The position numbers and the translations under genes are program-made. A stretch of 64,000 bases of DNA from an uncultured Ruminococcus sp. (GTDB lineage Bacteria; Bacillota; Clostridia; Oscillospirales; Acutalibacteraceae): contig CACXAO010000002.1 in the NCBI GenBank assembly GCA_902765625.1, positions 1,238 through 65,237 on the forward strand. Reading direction: 5' to 3'. Below are positions 8,539-18,787 of this stretch, in pieces (position 1 is the stretch's first letter; each line of letters begins with the position of its first letter). The notes beneath the pieces are model-generated. The model saw nothing but the letters and a program-made list of their open reading frames with translations, made no database searches and was not told the DNA's origin.

Positions 8539-10008
8539 TTATTTTACGCCTGTCTGACCTATTTGGTACGGGGTCTGAATATCCGCAAGATATTTCTGGA
8601 TGGCGGTCGCGTCGGAGATATTGAGCTTCTGACCGGTAACTCCTCCGCGAAGAGCTATGCTGCCGTCGTCGTCTGCAAGCGCCTCAGCGAGCACAGACTG
8701 CACTGCGGTAACATCGTTTACGTCAATAACTCCGCTGCCGTCGCTGTCGCCAATCAGATAAAGCAGCGAGGAAACGTCAAGCTCCTTCGAAAGCCACGCG
8801 TCACGCTCGGCGCACCAGTTTTTCAGATAGGCAAGGTTCTCGTCGTAGGTAGGAAGCGGCTGCATCATGACGTTGATCAGATAACGAATGCTCCAGCCCG
8901 CCGTCGTATAGTTGCGGTTGAACACCTCTGAATACGAATCGGCAAGACTGTCGATCAAACCGCCGTCAGGATATATACGGGAGATATAGTCCGAGTGACG
9001 CGCATACTCGCGGCGCACCTCTAGCATAAACCAGTCGTATGAGCAGAGCTTTTTGTAAAACAGCTTGTCGTTGATCTGCATTCCGTCTGTCCGGAATGCA
9101 GAGGCGGAATTTGAGGAAAAGTCCTTGTTCACATTTCCCATTGAAAGGTCATAATCCCACGGAGGTCCGGCATAAAATTTGCCGTTCTTGTAATAGAAGA
9201 AAACGGAGCTGAAATTGAAATCATTGGTTTTGATGAACTCGTTTAGAAGATAAAACTTTGCGAATGAGGAGATATCTACAGCAGACTCTATGGCGTCGCG
9301 GTCGCCGCTGTTGATAAGATCGGTCAGGCGCTGCATGGTTTCGGTGATGTAAGCGACCTGTTCATCGTCCGGCTCGTCAGGCTCGCTGATACCGAAGCGC
9401 AGTCCGCCTATGTTTATATAGGTAGTTCCCTCGTCGGTGCGCAGCCGCTCGTATTCAAGCATGAAATCGCTGTTGCCCTCAACGTCGATATTGACCCTGT
9501 CCTTGCCTGCCTGAACAGGCTCCATGAGAGTATAGCAGCCGCGGAATTTGCCGTCCAGCCACAGCTCGACGATTTTTTGCTCGGAAGTATAGGAAAGTCC
9601 CAACTCCTGAGCGAAGTCAAAGGCGACATAGTTGCGCAGCAGAGTGGGGTCAAAGGGATTTGCGAGCAGCACCCATTTTTTGCCCTTTCCCATGCCAAAC
9701 AGGTCTTTTTTCTTGTCAAACTTGAATGTAAAGGACTTTTTGGCTGTCATGGCGGTGCTGTTGCCCCTTACCTTGACAACTATTTTCTCCTCTTCTCCGC
9801 CGTCCGCCGAAAAACTCGCGTCGGTGTAGCCGTCCTCCTTCTGCAGCGACAAGCCGTTTCCGTTTACGGTATTGATATGAAGCTGCGGCACCTCGATCGG
9901 CACTACCGCCTCAGCGTCGTTTTCCAGAGCCGCTGCCGAGATTGGCATAAACGCCGAGAGTAACGATATACACAGCAGGCAGGCAATAAATCTTTTCACA
10001 ACACGCAC
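8539..10008 (-). CDS. Secreted CotH-kinase-family protein with C-terminal dockerin
   Basis: Signal peptide; KVRGNST, KKWVLLAN, GPPWDYDLSMGN; dockerin GDSDGSGVIDVNDVTAVQ...NISDATAIQKYLA. Confidence 0.88.
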   Translation of the reverse strand: MRVVKRFIACLLCISLLSAFMPISAAALENDAEAVVPIEVPQLHINTVNGNGLSLQKEDGYTDASFSADGGEEEKIVVKVRGNSTAMTAKKSFTFKFDKKKDLFGMGKGKKWVLLANPFDPTLLRNYVAFDFAQELGLSYTSEQKIVELWLDGKFRGCYTLMEPVQAGKDRVNIDVEGNSDFMLEYERLRTDEGTTYINIGGLRFGISEPDEPDDEQVAYITETMQRLTDLINSGDRDAIESAVDISSFAKFYLLNEFIKTNDFNFSSVFFYYKNGKFYAGPPWDYDLSMGNVNKDFSSNSASAFRTDGMQINDKLFYKKLCSYDWFMLEVRREYARHSDYISRIYPDGGLIDSLADSYSEVFNRNYTTAGWSIRYLINVMMQPLPTYDENLAYLKNWCAERDAWLSKELDVSSLLYLIGDSDGSGVIDVNDVTAVQSVLAEALADDDGSIALRGGVTGQKLNISDATAIQKYLADIQTPYQIGQTGVK

Positions 10009-10192
10009 TCCTTGTATTATTAATTATCATACAACAGCACAATCCATTTTAAGCTATTTCCCGATTTGTTGTCTGTTAGCTATATTGTATCAAACTATAT
10101 CGGATTTGTCTATCATTCGGAACGATTTGTCAACATTTGAGCGTATAATTAACTATCAATCGGTACCCGGATGCCGCTGATTCAACTCTTTT

Positions 10193-11140
10193 TCAGTCTG
10201 TCTGCCGACCGCCGCTATTTCTCTTTATAAAGCCGCGCAGGATATCGATATACCTCTCGGGATCATAACAATAGCTTACGCCGTGAACCGCGTCCGGAAA
10301 GGTGTAACGCTCCACGCAGTCCGGATTTGCAAGCCGTATTTCCTCGCTCATTTCATTCGGAACAAAGCAGTCCGCTTCACCGTGAATCAGCAATATAGGT
10401 ATTTTTGTATTCTTAACAGCGTTCGCGGCGGTTACGTCGCGCGGAATAATGAGGTGACCGTAAACAAGCGCCGAGATCCGGATAAGCACCCACAAAAGCC
10501 TCGGACACTTGTACCAGCGATTTGCGACGTAGAAAATAACATCCTTTGGCGAGCTGTACGGGCAATCGGCGCAGATCATTCTTACGTTTGCCGGTAAATC
10601 AAGACCCGACGCCATTACAACCGTGCTCGCGCCCATTGAGATTCCGAAAAGGTAAATCGGCTTGTCGCTGCCGAAGCGTCCGTTTGCGTATTCAATCCAA
10701 GAGAGAACGTCGCGGCGTTCGCGGATTCCGTAGGTTATGGTGTGACCGCCGCTGCCGAAATGAGCGCGCTGGTCAACAAGAAGAACGTTGTAACCCTCGT
10801 CCTGCAAGAACTGCCCCATTATGCTGAAATCAAACACCGCCGAACCTCGGTAGCCATGAAAACAAATACACAGCGGAGCGTCGTCCGACTTATGATAGTA
10901 CCGTCCCGAAAGCTTCAAACCGTCGTATGAGGTTGTCTGAACGCGGCTGCACGGAATTTTTGCGAGCTTTTTCGCCTGATCCTTTATCCCGTTGAACATA
11001 TCCATATCGTCAAGAAAGGGCTCGATCTCAATTTCATCTGCATTGCGGTGAGGCGAGAAAAACACTATGTAATACGGAACAAACAACCCGATAAGAGCGG
11101 CTGCTAAAAGAACTGCAAGAACAATTATTACAACAATCAT
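10193..11140 (-). CDS. Membrane-anchored alpha/beta hydrolase
   Basis: N-terminal TM helix; HGY, GISMG nucleophile elbow, HGEADCFVP, terminal His (AVHG). Confidence 0.88.
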   Translation of the reverse strand: MIVVIIVLAVLLAAALIGLFVPYYIVFFSPHRNADEIEIEPFLDDMDMFNGIKDQAKKLAKIPCSRVQTTSYDGLKLSGRYYHKSDDAPLCICFHGYRGSAVFDFSIMGQFLQDEGYNVLLVDQRAHFGSGGHTITYGIRERRDVLSWIEYANGRFGSDKPIYLFGISMGASTVVMASGLDLPANVRMICADCPYSSPKDVIFYVANRWYKCPRLLWVLIRISALVYGHLIIPRDVTAANAVKNTKIPILLIHGEADCFVPNEMSEEIRLANPDCVERYTFPDAVHGVSYCYDPERYIDILRGFIKRNSGGRQTD

Positions 11141-11367
11141 TTTATCAACTCCTGATCCTTACTGTTTGACTGCTTCCGAAATCAGTATATCACTTCGCTT
11201 CAAAAATATCAAATCCTCTGCCTGCATCCCCCAAAAAAACAGCAAACTCCCCTGCCCGCGCCGGCGCTCAGGTTCATGGGAGTTTATTTTTTCCGGAAAT
11301 CTCCGCTGCTGTCGCAACAAAGAAAAAACCGCCGGAACATGAAATTCCAACGGCTTTAAAATTCAGT

Positions 11368-12252
11368 TTATTCGGGCGTTCTTCCGCCGCAGAAATAAAA
11401 AATTGTCAGCAGACCCGGGCCGCAGTGCGCGCCTATTACTACGCCGAGAGAGGTGATTTCGATTTTTCCGATCTTCGGAAACTCCGAACGGATAGCCGAG
11501 CTGACAAGCTCAGCGTCGCCGAGGCAGTCGGCATGAAGGATGTGTATCTCGGCTCCTGTGCAGTCAACCTTGCGAAGGTCGTTGAGCACACAGTCGGTGA
11601 TATACTTTAGGGCGTTTTTTCTGCCGCGAATCTTTTTGGCAACATCGAGAGTGCCTCTGTCGGGAACATACAGCACGGGCTTGATGTTCAGAATCGAGCC
11701 TACCAGCGCCGAGGCGTTCGACACACGTCCGCCTGCCTTGAGGTAATCGAGGTCGTCGACGGTGAAACGGTGAGCGATTTTCAGCTTGTTCGCCTCGCCC
11801 CATTCGATAACATCGTCAAAGCTCATTCCGGCTTCCATTCTGCTGACCATATTCTGAACCAGCATTCCCAAGCCGCCTGATATACACAGAGTATCCATCA
11901 GGTAAAGCGTTTGCTTCGGGAACTCAGCCTGAACCTGTTCCGCAGCGCTCAGCGCGTTTTTGTATGACACTGACATCTTCTGCGACATATCGAGAAAAAT
12001 AACGTCCTTGCCTGTTTCAAGCAGCTTTCTGAAAAAGTCGCAGTACACAACCTCGTTGATCATGGATGTTTTCAGCAGGTCGCCCTTCCTCATGCCTGCA
12101 TAAACCGCGGCGCGGCTTTCTTCGCGGCAGTCGTCCTCATACAAATCATCGCCGATCGTATATGTGTAGGGAATAAACGGTACGCCGTGTTCATCGAGCC
12201 AGTCCCTCGTCAAATCAGAGGTGGACGATGTCGCGATAATGTAGTTTGCCAT
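11368..12252 (-). CDS. DegV/FakB fatty-acid-binding protein
   Basis: TSDL, LDYLKAGGRVS, LNIKPVL, VIGAHCGPG. Confidence 0.92.
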   Translation of the reverse strand: MANYIIATSSTSDLTRDWLDEHGVPFIPYTYTIGDDLYEDDCREESRAAVYAGMRKGDLLKTSMINEVVYCDFFRKLLETGKDVIFLDMSQKMSVSYKNALSAAEQVQAEFPKQTLYLMDTLCISGGLGMLVQNMVSRMEAGMSFDDVIEWGEANKLKIAHRFTVDDLDYLKAGGRVSNASALVGSILNIKPVLYVPDRGTLDVAKKIRGRKNALKYITDCVLNDLRKVDCTGAEIHILHADCLGDAELVSSAIRSEFPKIGKIEITSLGVVIGAHCGPGLLTIFYFCGGRTPE

Positions 12253-12495
12253 TTTACACTCCTTTTCCGAGTAACAATATCTGAATATTATGACTCCTAT
12301 TGTATTTTTTTGCTTTTAGGCACTTTCGCATTATTGCGTAATTTTTCTATATTTTGAGTTTATCATAAAGTCCGGCTCAAGTCAATACAAAAGGCGACAA
12401 ACCGCTTTTTTAAACGAGCAGTCCGGCAAACGCGCCGCAAAAAACAAGGACGGAACACTTCGTCCGTCCTTGTAACATTTTCAAATATTCTTGAA

Positions 12496-12936
12496 TCAGG
12501 GTCTGAAAATAATGCGACCCCAGCCTTCTTCATCTGTTGCAGGCTGAGTTGTTGCAGGTTGAGTTGTTGCAGGCTGAGTAGGCTTCTCGGTAGGCGTTTC
12601 AATCTGTTCGCCGATGTTATACGGCGTTTCCATCTCTGCCAGCCAGCGCTGAACAAGTGTGGCGTCCGTGATATCAACCGCGCCGCTGCCGTCAACATCT
12701 GCTGACAGTTTTGAATAACCCTCGCCTACAGGCAACTCCGCAGCGGTCTTTTGAATACAGGTAACATCGTTAATGGTAATAGTTCCGTTGCCGTCAGCGT
12801 CTCCAAGGATTCTTCCGGCTGCTGAGGTAACGGCAGTGCCGGCGAAAAGCAATACGGCTGAGGTAACGGCTGCGGCAAGCGTAAATATCGCAGCGCTGAA
12901 TAATACTGATTTGTTTTTGTACATCTTAAAGGTCAT
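12496..12936 (-). CDS. Secreted dockerin-only protein with Pro/Thr linker
   Basis: Signal peptide, GDADGNGTITINDVTCIQK and ADVDGSGAVDITDATLVQRWLA repeats, (TQPAT)x3 tail. Confidence 0.85.
   Translation of the reverse strand: MTFKMYKNKSVLFSAAIFTLAAAVTSAVLLFAGTAVTSAAGRILGDADGNGTITINDVTCIQKTAAELPVGEGYSKLSADVDGSGAVDITDATLVQRWLAEMETPYNIGEQIETPTEKPTQPATTQPATTQPATDEEGWGRIIFRP
12535..12580. repeat. 15-bp coding tandem repeat (TQPAT x3)
   Basis: gttgcaggctgagtt / gttgcaggttgagtt / gttgcaggctgagta. Confidence 0.8.
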
Positions 12937-13393
12937 TAAATCTCACCTCGGCGTTATCCCGCTGTTCCGAAACATGGGATTCTATTGAACTCTTGTTATT
13001 GTCCTCCGACTCTTTGCTCTGACTTTTACTGCTTTGAGAGGTTTTGCTGTCAGTTTCGGAATCTTCTTCTTTTTCTTCTACGGATCCTTCGTCGCTTTTA
13101 TCCTCGTCTGAGCTTTCGGAGCCGGATTTTTCTTCATTATCCGATTTGCTGTCCTTATCGTTGTTATCGCTCTGTCCACCGGATTCGGCTTTGCTTTCAC
13201 CGGAGCTCTTGTCGTCGCCTTTAGCGGCGGAGGAATCGGACGTCGTAGTTGCTTTTTGTGCTTGAGAAGCGGATTGCCCGGTGGTGCTCTGAGAAGGTAT
13301 TGTTGCACTTGAATCTTCGCTCTCACCGCATGCCGTCAGGCACAAAACGAGGGCAACAAGCATTGCCGCCAGCATCAGTTTGATTTTTGACAA
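12926..13393 (-). CDS. Low-complexity Ser/Asp/Glu/Lys-rich lipoprotein
   Basis: LTAC lipobox followed by a disordered chain; overlaps the start of the dockerin gene. Confidence 0.75.
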   Translation of the reverse strand: MSKIKLMLAAMLVALVLCLTACGESEDSSATIPSQSTTGQSASQAQKATTTSDSSAAKGDDKSSGESKAESGGQSDNNDKDSKSDNEEKSGSESSDEDKSDEGSVEEKEEDSETDSKTSQSSKSQSKESEDNNKSSIESHVSEQRDNAEVRFNDL

Positions 13394-13894
13394 TTTTTCT
13401 CACCTTCACTTATTATTTATTCTGTCCAGCAATTTTTTTGCAGTGCTCCGTGTAGATAGATTATTTTAAAATACATTTTTTAAGATGTCAACAAGTATTT
13501 TGTCAGTTTTCACGTAATTCTGTTTTTTAATAAACGTTTTTTGAAGGCGTTTGAAATAATCGGGAGCGCTTTTTGAGCAAAATTCACAAAATATCATTCA
13601 AAAAATCAGCAGTCTGCCTTATCCGAAGCGCTGACGTAAGAACAGTGATCCCGTTATCTCAAAAACAGAAACCTTTTGAGATGATTGTAAACGTCATCAC
13701 ATAATTTTCACTTACCGACGTACAGACTTAAATCGTGTACAAAACGGGAATGAAACTTTCCTTTAAGTTTGTGTTTTTACCTATTTGTTTTCTTGGAAAA
13801 ATATAGTATAATGATATCTACCGGAACTGTCTTTTATCAGCGTTTTGATATTTTGTACGGTTTTTTTACAGATTGTGTGTCTCAGAGGTGTAAT

Positions 13895-15394
13895 ATGAAT
13901 TTTGAAAATATGCAGAAGGAGCCGTCGTCTAAACCTCCCGTTGAGTATGAGGATATCAGCTCGGGCAGATATTCCTCAGGCGGCAGTCATTATCAGGGCA
14001 ACCACATTGCCGAAAGCTCAAACCATACAGGCGTAAAGGTTCTGATCATTTCGCTTGTTTCCGTTGCAGTCATTGTCGCTCTCGGCGCAGTCGGATTCGT
14101 TATGTTCAACGGTATCAAAACAGAGCCTGCCACGCCAAAGACGACCGATATAGTCACGCAGCCGACCGAATTTACCTTTGCTTCCAATTCCGTTATCTCG
14201 GGTATCGATATTTCGGGAAAAACCATGGAGCAGGCAAAGAGCCTTCTCGAGAAGAATACGGATAAGTTTATCACTCCGATCAGCTTTGAAATCGACGTTA
14301 ACGGTAATACGACAACGCTCGCTCAGGATGATTTCAGCTACAACTACAATATCGACGAGGTGCTGCAGCAGATGAAGTCGGGAGTCACCACGACCACCGA
14401 CCCCACAAACGGCACCGAAGCTCCGCTCACTGTTACCGCTACCGTAACGGAGGATTCTATCAGCAAAAATGTGGACAAGATCTGCGAGGAATACGATTCT
14501 GACCCGCAGAACGCCAGAGTCTCGGAGTTTCACCCGTATGCGCAAAAACGTTTTGACTTTACGGAGTCGGTTGACGGTCTGAAGGTTAACGCGGACGACC
14601 TTAAAAGTCAGATTTCTCAGAGCTTTGAAAACGGCAACAAGATGATCATGATAAACGCCGATTTCGAGGTTCTTTACGCTGACTACAACGCCGCTGAGCT
14701 TGAAAGCAAGCTCGTTAAGCTCTCGTCATACGAGACCTACTCCTCAAACACCGAGGACGGCACCACCAACATGCGCGTTTCTCTGGAAGCCTGCAACGGT
14801 TCGATAATCGAACCCGGCGACACCTGGTCGTTCAACGCGTGCACCGGAGATTCCAATCTTGAATCAAACGGCTACAAGCCCGCGAATGTTATTTTGGAGG
14901 GTAAGCTCGTTGAGGGTATCGGCGGAGGTATCTGCCAGTCCAGTTCTACAATCTACAATGCCGCGCTGCGCGCCAACATGAAAATCGAGGAGCGTTATAA
15001 CCACAAGTGGGCTTCAAGCTACGTTCCGACCGGTCTTGACGCGACTATAGACTATCCGAATCTCGACCTCAAGCTCGGCAATCCCACCGACTGTCAGATG
15101 TTTATCGAGTGCAAGGTGGTCGGCTATACTCTTTATTGCTCCATCTGGGGCACAAAGTCCGACGCCTACGACGAAATCCGCACTCATAACGAGTTGGGCG
15201 ACAAGGGCGAAAAGTCCTACACCGTCCATGCGTGGAGAGTTTATTACAAGGACGGCGCAGAGGTTGACCGCGAAGAGCTTTTCGTTTCCAATTACGACAA
15301 TGACTACGGCGTGATTTTCTACAGCGCAGACAACGATTCTCAGGCAGTCGACACCAATGTTGACGAAGCGGGCGGAAGTTCTTCGTCAGGCTAA
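13895..15394 (+). CDS. VanW-family protein with peptidoglycan-binding domain
   Basis: TM anchor; NGSIIEPGDTWSFN, GIGGGICQSSSTIYNA, ERYNH, YVPTGLDATI; GAGGTG RBS before ATG 13895. Confidence 0.88.
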   Translation: MNFENMQKEPSSKPPVEYEDISSGRYSSGGSHYQGNHIAESSNHTGVKVLIISLVSVAVIVALGAVGFVMFNGIKTEPATPKTTDIVTQPTEFTFASNSVISGIDISGKTMEQAKSLLEKNTDKFITPISFEIDVNGNTTTLAQDDFSYNYNIDEVLQQMKSGVTTTTDPTNGTEAPLTVTATVTEDSISKNVDKICEEYDSDPQNARVSEFHPYAQKRFDFTESVDGLKVNADDLKSQISQSFENGNKMIMINADFEVLYADYNAAELESKLVKLSSYETYSSNTEDGTTNMRVSLEACNGSIIEPGDTWSFNACTGDSNLESNGYKPANVILEGKLVEGIGGGICQSSSTIYNAALRANMKIEERYNHKWASSYVPTGLDATIDYPNLDLKLGNPTDCQMFIECKVVGYTLYCSIWGTKSDAYDEIRTHNELGDKGEKSYTVHAWRVYYKDGAEVDREELFVSNYDNDYGVIFYSADNDSQAVDTNVDEAGGSSSSG

Positions 15395-15572
15395 AACGGC
15401 TCTGAATAATGTTATTAATCCCATGGTTCGTCCGTGGGATTAAATTTTTTTAAATTTATTTTTTATTCTACGTTTTTTGTCCCTTTTTTGTCTTTTTCGG
15501 TTTGCTATGCTTTAGCTACAGTCAGCAAGAGAGAACATCAAAAATCCAATCATATCAAAGGAGTGCGTCACC

Positions 15573-15815
15573 ATGAAAAAGAACACAAGGAACATCAAAA
15601 ACGCAAGAGTTATCGGAGCTGTTTTAGCAGCGGCATTCGTAGTTTCGGCAAGCGCAGCTTTCTCAGCCGTCAGCGCGTCGGCGGCTGAGGTTGATTCTCA
15701 GACACAGTACGGCAGCTGCATACTTTATTCCAACGAAGCTTCTATCGTCTCACCCGTCGGCAACGTTTGCGTTTTGCCTTGGGAAAGAATAATTGTACCG
15801 CATCCCGTTGTTTGA
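15573..15815 (+). CDS. Small secreted peptide with two Cys
   Basis: AAGGAG RBS; basic n-region, h-region and ASA|A cleavage site; about 43-aa mature part. Confidence 0.65.
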   Translation: MKKNTRNIKNARVIGAVLAAAFVVSASAAFSAVSASAAEVDSQTQYGSCILYSNEASIVSPVGNVCVLPWERIIVPHPVV

Positions 15816-15931
15816 TTCAATACAAAACACGAAACCACGCTTGGCAAGAGATTCTTATTTGAATAAAAAACGGTCGGAAGCCGCATTGAGCCACCGACCG
15901 GTTTATTTGTTTATTTTTCTTTATCGGAATT

Positions 15932-16582
15932 TTATCTTCTGTAATTAAGAGCTTTTTGTATATCGCGCAGCTCTCCGAGAACAAAGGCGACGTCCGCCGG
16001 CTGAATGACCGTTGAGGCTGACGGAATCAGAACCTCGCCGTGGCGCTTGATCGTGAGGAGGTTGATATTGTATTTTTTGCGGATATCGATCTGTACAATC
16101 GTCTTTCCGTACCAATCCTTCGGAACCTCAAGCTCGTAAATAAAATAATCCTTTTCCAGGTGGAACAGGTCAAGAATATTGTCGGAAGCGTACTTTGTGG
16201 CTATGCGGTACGCCATTTGCTTTTCGGGATAAACGACCTCGTCGGCGCCGTTGCGCAGCAGGAACTTCATCTGAACGTCGTTTGTAGCACGCGAAATAAC
16301 CTTTTTTGCGCCAAGCTCGCTGAGGAGAGATGTGGTTTCGAGCGACGTCTGGAAATGTCTGCCGAGGGTGACGAAGCACACGTCAAAATTATCTATGCCC
16401 AGCGACCTGAGAAACTCCTCGTTTGTACCGTCTCCGATTTTTGCGTCGGTCACGTAAGGCAAAATATCGTTGATGCAGTCCTCGTTGATATCTACCACCA
16501 TAACCTCGCAGCGCAGTTCCTCCATTCGCTGTGCGATATGGGTTCCGAATTGTCCTGCTCCTATAACTAAAACTGATTTCAT
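15932..16582 (-). CDS. ktrA: Ktr/Trk potassium uptake RCK subunit
   Basis: VIGAGQFG Rossmann motif, GADEVVYPE, TrkA-C domain. Confidence 0.9.
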   Translation of the reverse strand: MKSVLVIGAGQFGTHIAQRMEELRCEVMVVDINEDCINDILPYVTDAKIGDGTNEEFLRSLGIDNFDVCFVTLGRHFQTSLETTSLLSELGAKKVISRATNDVQMKFLLRNGADEVVYPEKQMAYRIATKYASDNILDLFHLEKDYFIYELEVPKDWYGKTIVQIDIRKKYNINLLTIKRHGEVLIPSASTVIQPADVAFVLGELRDIQKALNYRR

Positions 16583-16598
16583 TTTTATTCTCCTTACT

Positions 16599-17942
16599 TT
16601 ATCCTAATGATATGTTTTCGAGAGGCAGACGGGAATTTTTGCTGCCCTGCGAGGGTAGCGCGGCATATATCAGCGTCAGTCCTCCTACCCTTCCGAAGAA
16701 CATCAGCACCATCAGTATTGCTCTTGAGGCTAAAGCCAGCTTAGGTGTGATTCCAAGGGTGAGTCCGACCGTGCCGATGCCCGAGCTTGTTTCAAACAGG
16801 CAGGTCAGCAGCGGCAGATGCTCGATTCTGCTGATTACAATGCCGCTTATAAACGTCAGCGCAAAATACATAAACAGGATAGCGCCCGCGTTGCGGACCA
16901 TATCGTCGGCGATCCTTCTCTTGAAGCTCTGAACGTCTCTTCTTCTGCTGAACACCGTGATCGCCGATAGGAACAGAACCGCGATCGTTACGGTTTTCAT
17001 ACCGCCCGCAGTCGAACCCGGCGAACCGCCTATCAGCATAAGGATGACCATTATTGCAGTGCCGGACTCGTTCATCTGCGACAGATCCTGCGAATTGAAG
17101 CCCGCTGTCCTCGTCGTTACCGATTGGAAAAACGAGCTTATTATTCTGTCGGACATATTCAGATCGGCGTACTCGGCAAAGAAGAAATACACCGCAGGCA
17201 GAACGATAAGTACCAGTGAAGTAAGAAGCACTATTTTGGTCTGCAGCGAATAACGCTTAAAGCGGAACTTGTTAGTTTTTATGTCGTCCCAGACGAGGAA
17301 ACCGATACCGCCCGAAATGATCAGCAGCATTATGATTATGTTCAGATAAATATTGCTGCCATAGCTTGTCAGCGACGAAAACTGCTCGCGCGTTCCCATA
17401 AGGTCAAAGCCGGCGTTGCAGAACGCTGAAATAGAGTGGAACAAGGAATACCAGATACCCTTCAGAATACCGAAATCCTTGCAGAATACCGGAAAAAGCA
17501 GCAGCGCGCCGATCAGTTCGATCAGCACCGTTGTTTTCAGAATGAAGCCGGTAAGACGAACCATTCCTCCCACGTGAGGAGCCGCGATGGAATCCTGCAT
17601 TGTGCTTCTGTGCGACAGTCCTATCTTCATTCCCGACGCGCGCATAACGGCCATGCCGATGGTGATTACGCCCATTCCGCCTATCTGGATCAGAGAGATA
17701 ATTACAATCTGACCGAACAGAGACCAGTATGTAGCAGTGTCCTGAACGATAAGACCGGTTACGCAGGTTGCGGACGTGGCGGTGAACAGCGCGTCGACAA
17801 ACGGAGTTACAGTGTGACTGTTTGAAGAAATCGGCAGCATCAGCAGACACGTTCCCAGCATGATCAGCACAAAGAAGCTGAGAATGATTACCTGAAACGA
17901 CGTGATGCCCTTTCGTTTTTTTCGTTTAATATTCGGAAGCAT
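16599..17942 (-). CDS. ktrB: Ktr/Trk potassium uptake membrane subunit
   Basis: ATCVTGL, AFCNAGF, RTAGF, GSPGSTAGG, GTVGL and GRVG motifs. Confidence 0.92.
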   Translation of the reverse strand: MLPNIKRKKRKGITSFQVIILSFFVLIMLGTCLLMLPISSNSHTVTPFVDALFTATSATCVTGLIVQDTATYWSLFGQIVIISLIQIGGMGVITIGMAVMRASGMKIGLSHRSTMQDSIAAPHVGGMVRLTGFILKTTVLIELIGALLLFPVFCKDFGILKGIWYSLFHSISAFCNAGFDLMGTREQFSSLTSYGSNIYLNIIIMLLIISGGIGFLVWDDIKTNKFRFKRYSLQTKIVLLTSLVLIVLPAVYFFFAEYADLNMSDRIISSFFQSVTTRTAGFNSQDLSQMNESGTAIMVILMLIGGSPGSTAGGMKTVTIAVLFLSAITVFSRRRDVQSFKRRIADDMVRNAGAILFMYFALTFISGIVISRIEHLPLLTCLFETSSGIGTVGLTLGITPKLALASRAILMVLMFFGRVGGLTLIYAALPSQGSKNSRLPLENISLG

Positions 17943-18204
17943 TTTTTACCCCTGTCTTTTTTGCGGTTTCATCTATGCGTCCGACAGCTGCAATTGATAT
18001 CGTTTTAGGCTTTTGCGGATGCAGACGGACGCAAAATGATGACCCGACCGTATTTCATCTAGTATTCTATCACATTTTACCGAAATATGCAATTAAAATC
18101 GAATTCCCAAGATAAATTTTTATAATAAATTTCACTAATAATTGTTTGAATTTATAAGTTTTTGTGTTATAATATATACATCAAATTTAAGGAGGAGTTT
18201 TTTC

Positions 18205-18666
18205 ATGAAAATCGCTATGTCAAACGATCATGCCGGCACATCAATGAAATATGAGATCAAAGCTTATCTGGAGTCTCAGGGTCATACGGTTGTCGATTTC
18301 GGAGCTTATGACGAAGAATCCTGCGATTTGTCAGATTTCGTCCTTCCTGCCGCCCTGGCTGTTGCGAAAGGAGAATGTGACAGAGGAATCTTTGTTGACG
18401 GAGTTGGCTACGGAAGCGCGATGATCGCAAACAAGGTAAACGGTATTTACGCCTGTGTTTGTCAGGATCCGTTCTGCGCGCAGCTCGCCCGTCAGCACAA
18501 CGACGCGAACGTGCTTTGTCTGGGCGCTAAAATCATCGGCGGAATGATTGCGATGGAAATCGTCAAAACATTTATGAAAACCGATCCGCTCACAGCAGAC
18601 AAATATGTTCGCCGCGTTAAAAAGGTTCAAAAAATCAACGACGAGCACTGCGTGCCCGTAAAGTAA
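18205..18666 (+). CDS. RpiB/LacAB-family sugar-phosphate isomerase
   Basis: DHAG, VDGVGYG, ANKVNGI, ARQHNDANVLCLG; AGGAGG RBS before ATG 18205. Confidence 0.9.
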   Translation: MKIAMSNDHAGTSMKYEIKAYLESQGHTVVDFGAYDEESCDLSDFVLPAALAVAKGECDRGIFVDGVGYGSAMIANKVNGIYACVCQDPFCAQLARQHNDANVLCLGAKIIGGMIAMEIVKTFMKTDPLTADKYVRRVKKVQKINDEHCVPVK

Positions 18667-18682
18667 AGCAAATAATAACAAT

Positions 18683-18713
18683 CCTCCGGACTGCTGCGGT
18701 TCGGAGGTTTTTT
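18683..18713 (+). terminator. Intrinsic terminator
   Basis: CCTCCG...CGGAGG followed by a T run. Confidence 0.7.
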
Positions 18714-18787
18714 CAAACAACAAATCTGATGGTGACTTTTCGTTATAAATATGTTATCATTATAAAAAAACATAACGGAGGTATATA

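Noticed and set aside
11245-11357. Small RNA between degV and the hydrolase gene
   Set aside because: Two hairpins with A/T tails are adequately explained as terminators; no family recognised
13895-15394. Vancomycin resistance locus
   Set aside because: A lone VanW-domain protein with no vanHAX or vanRS
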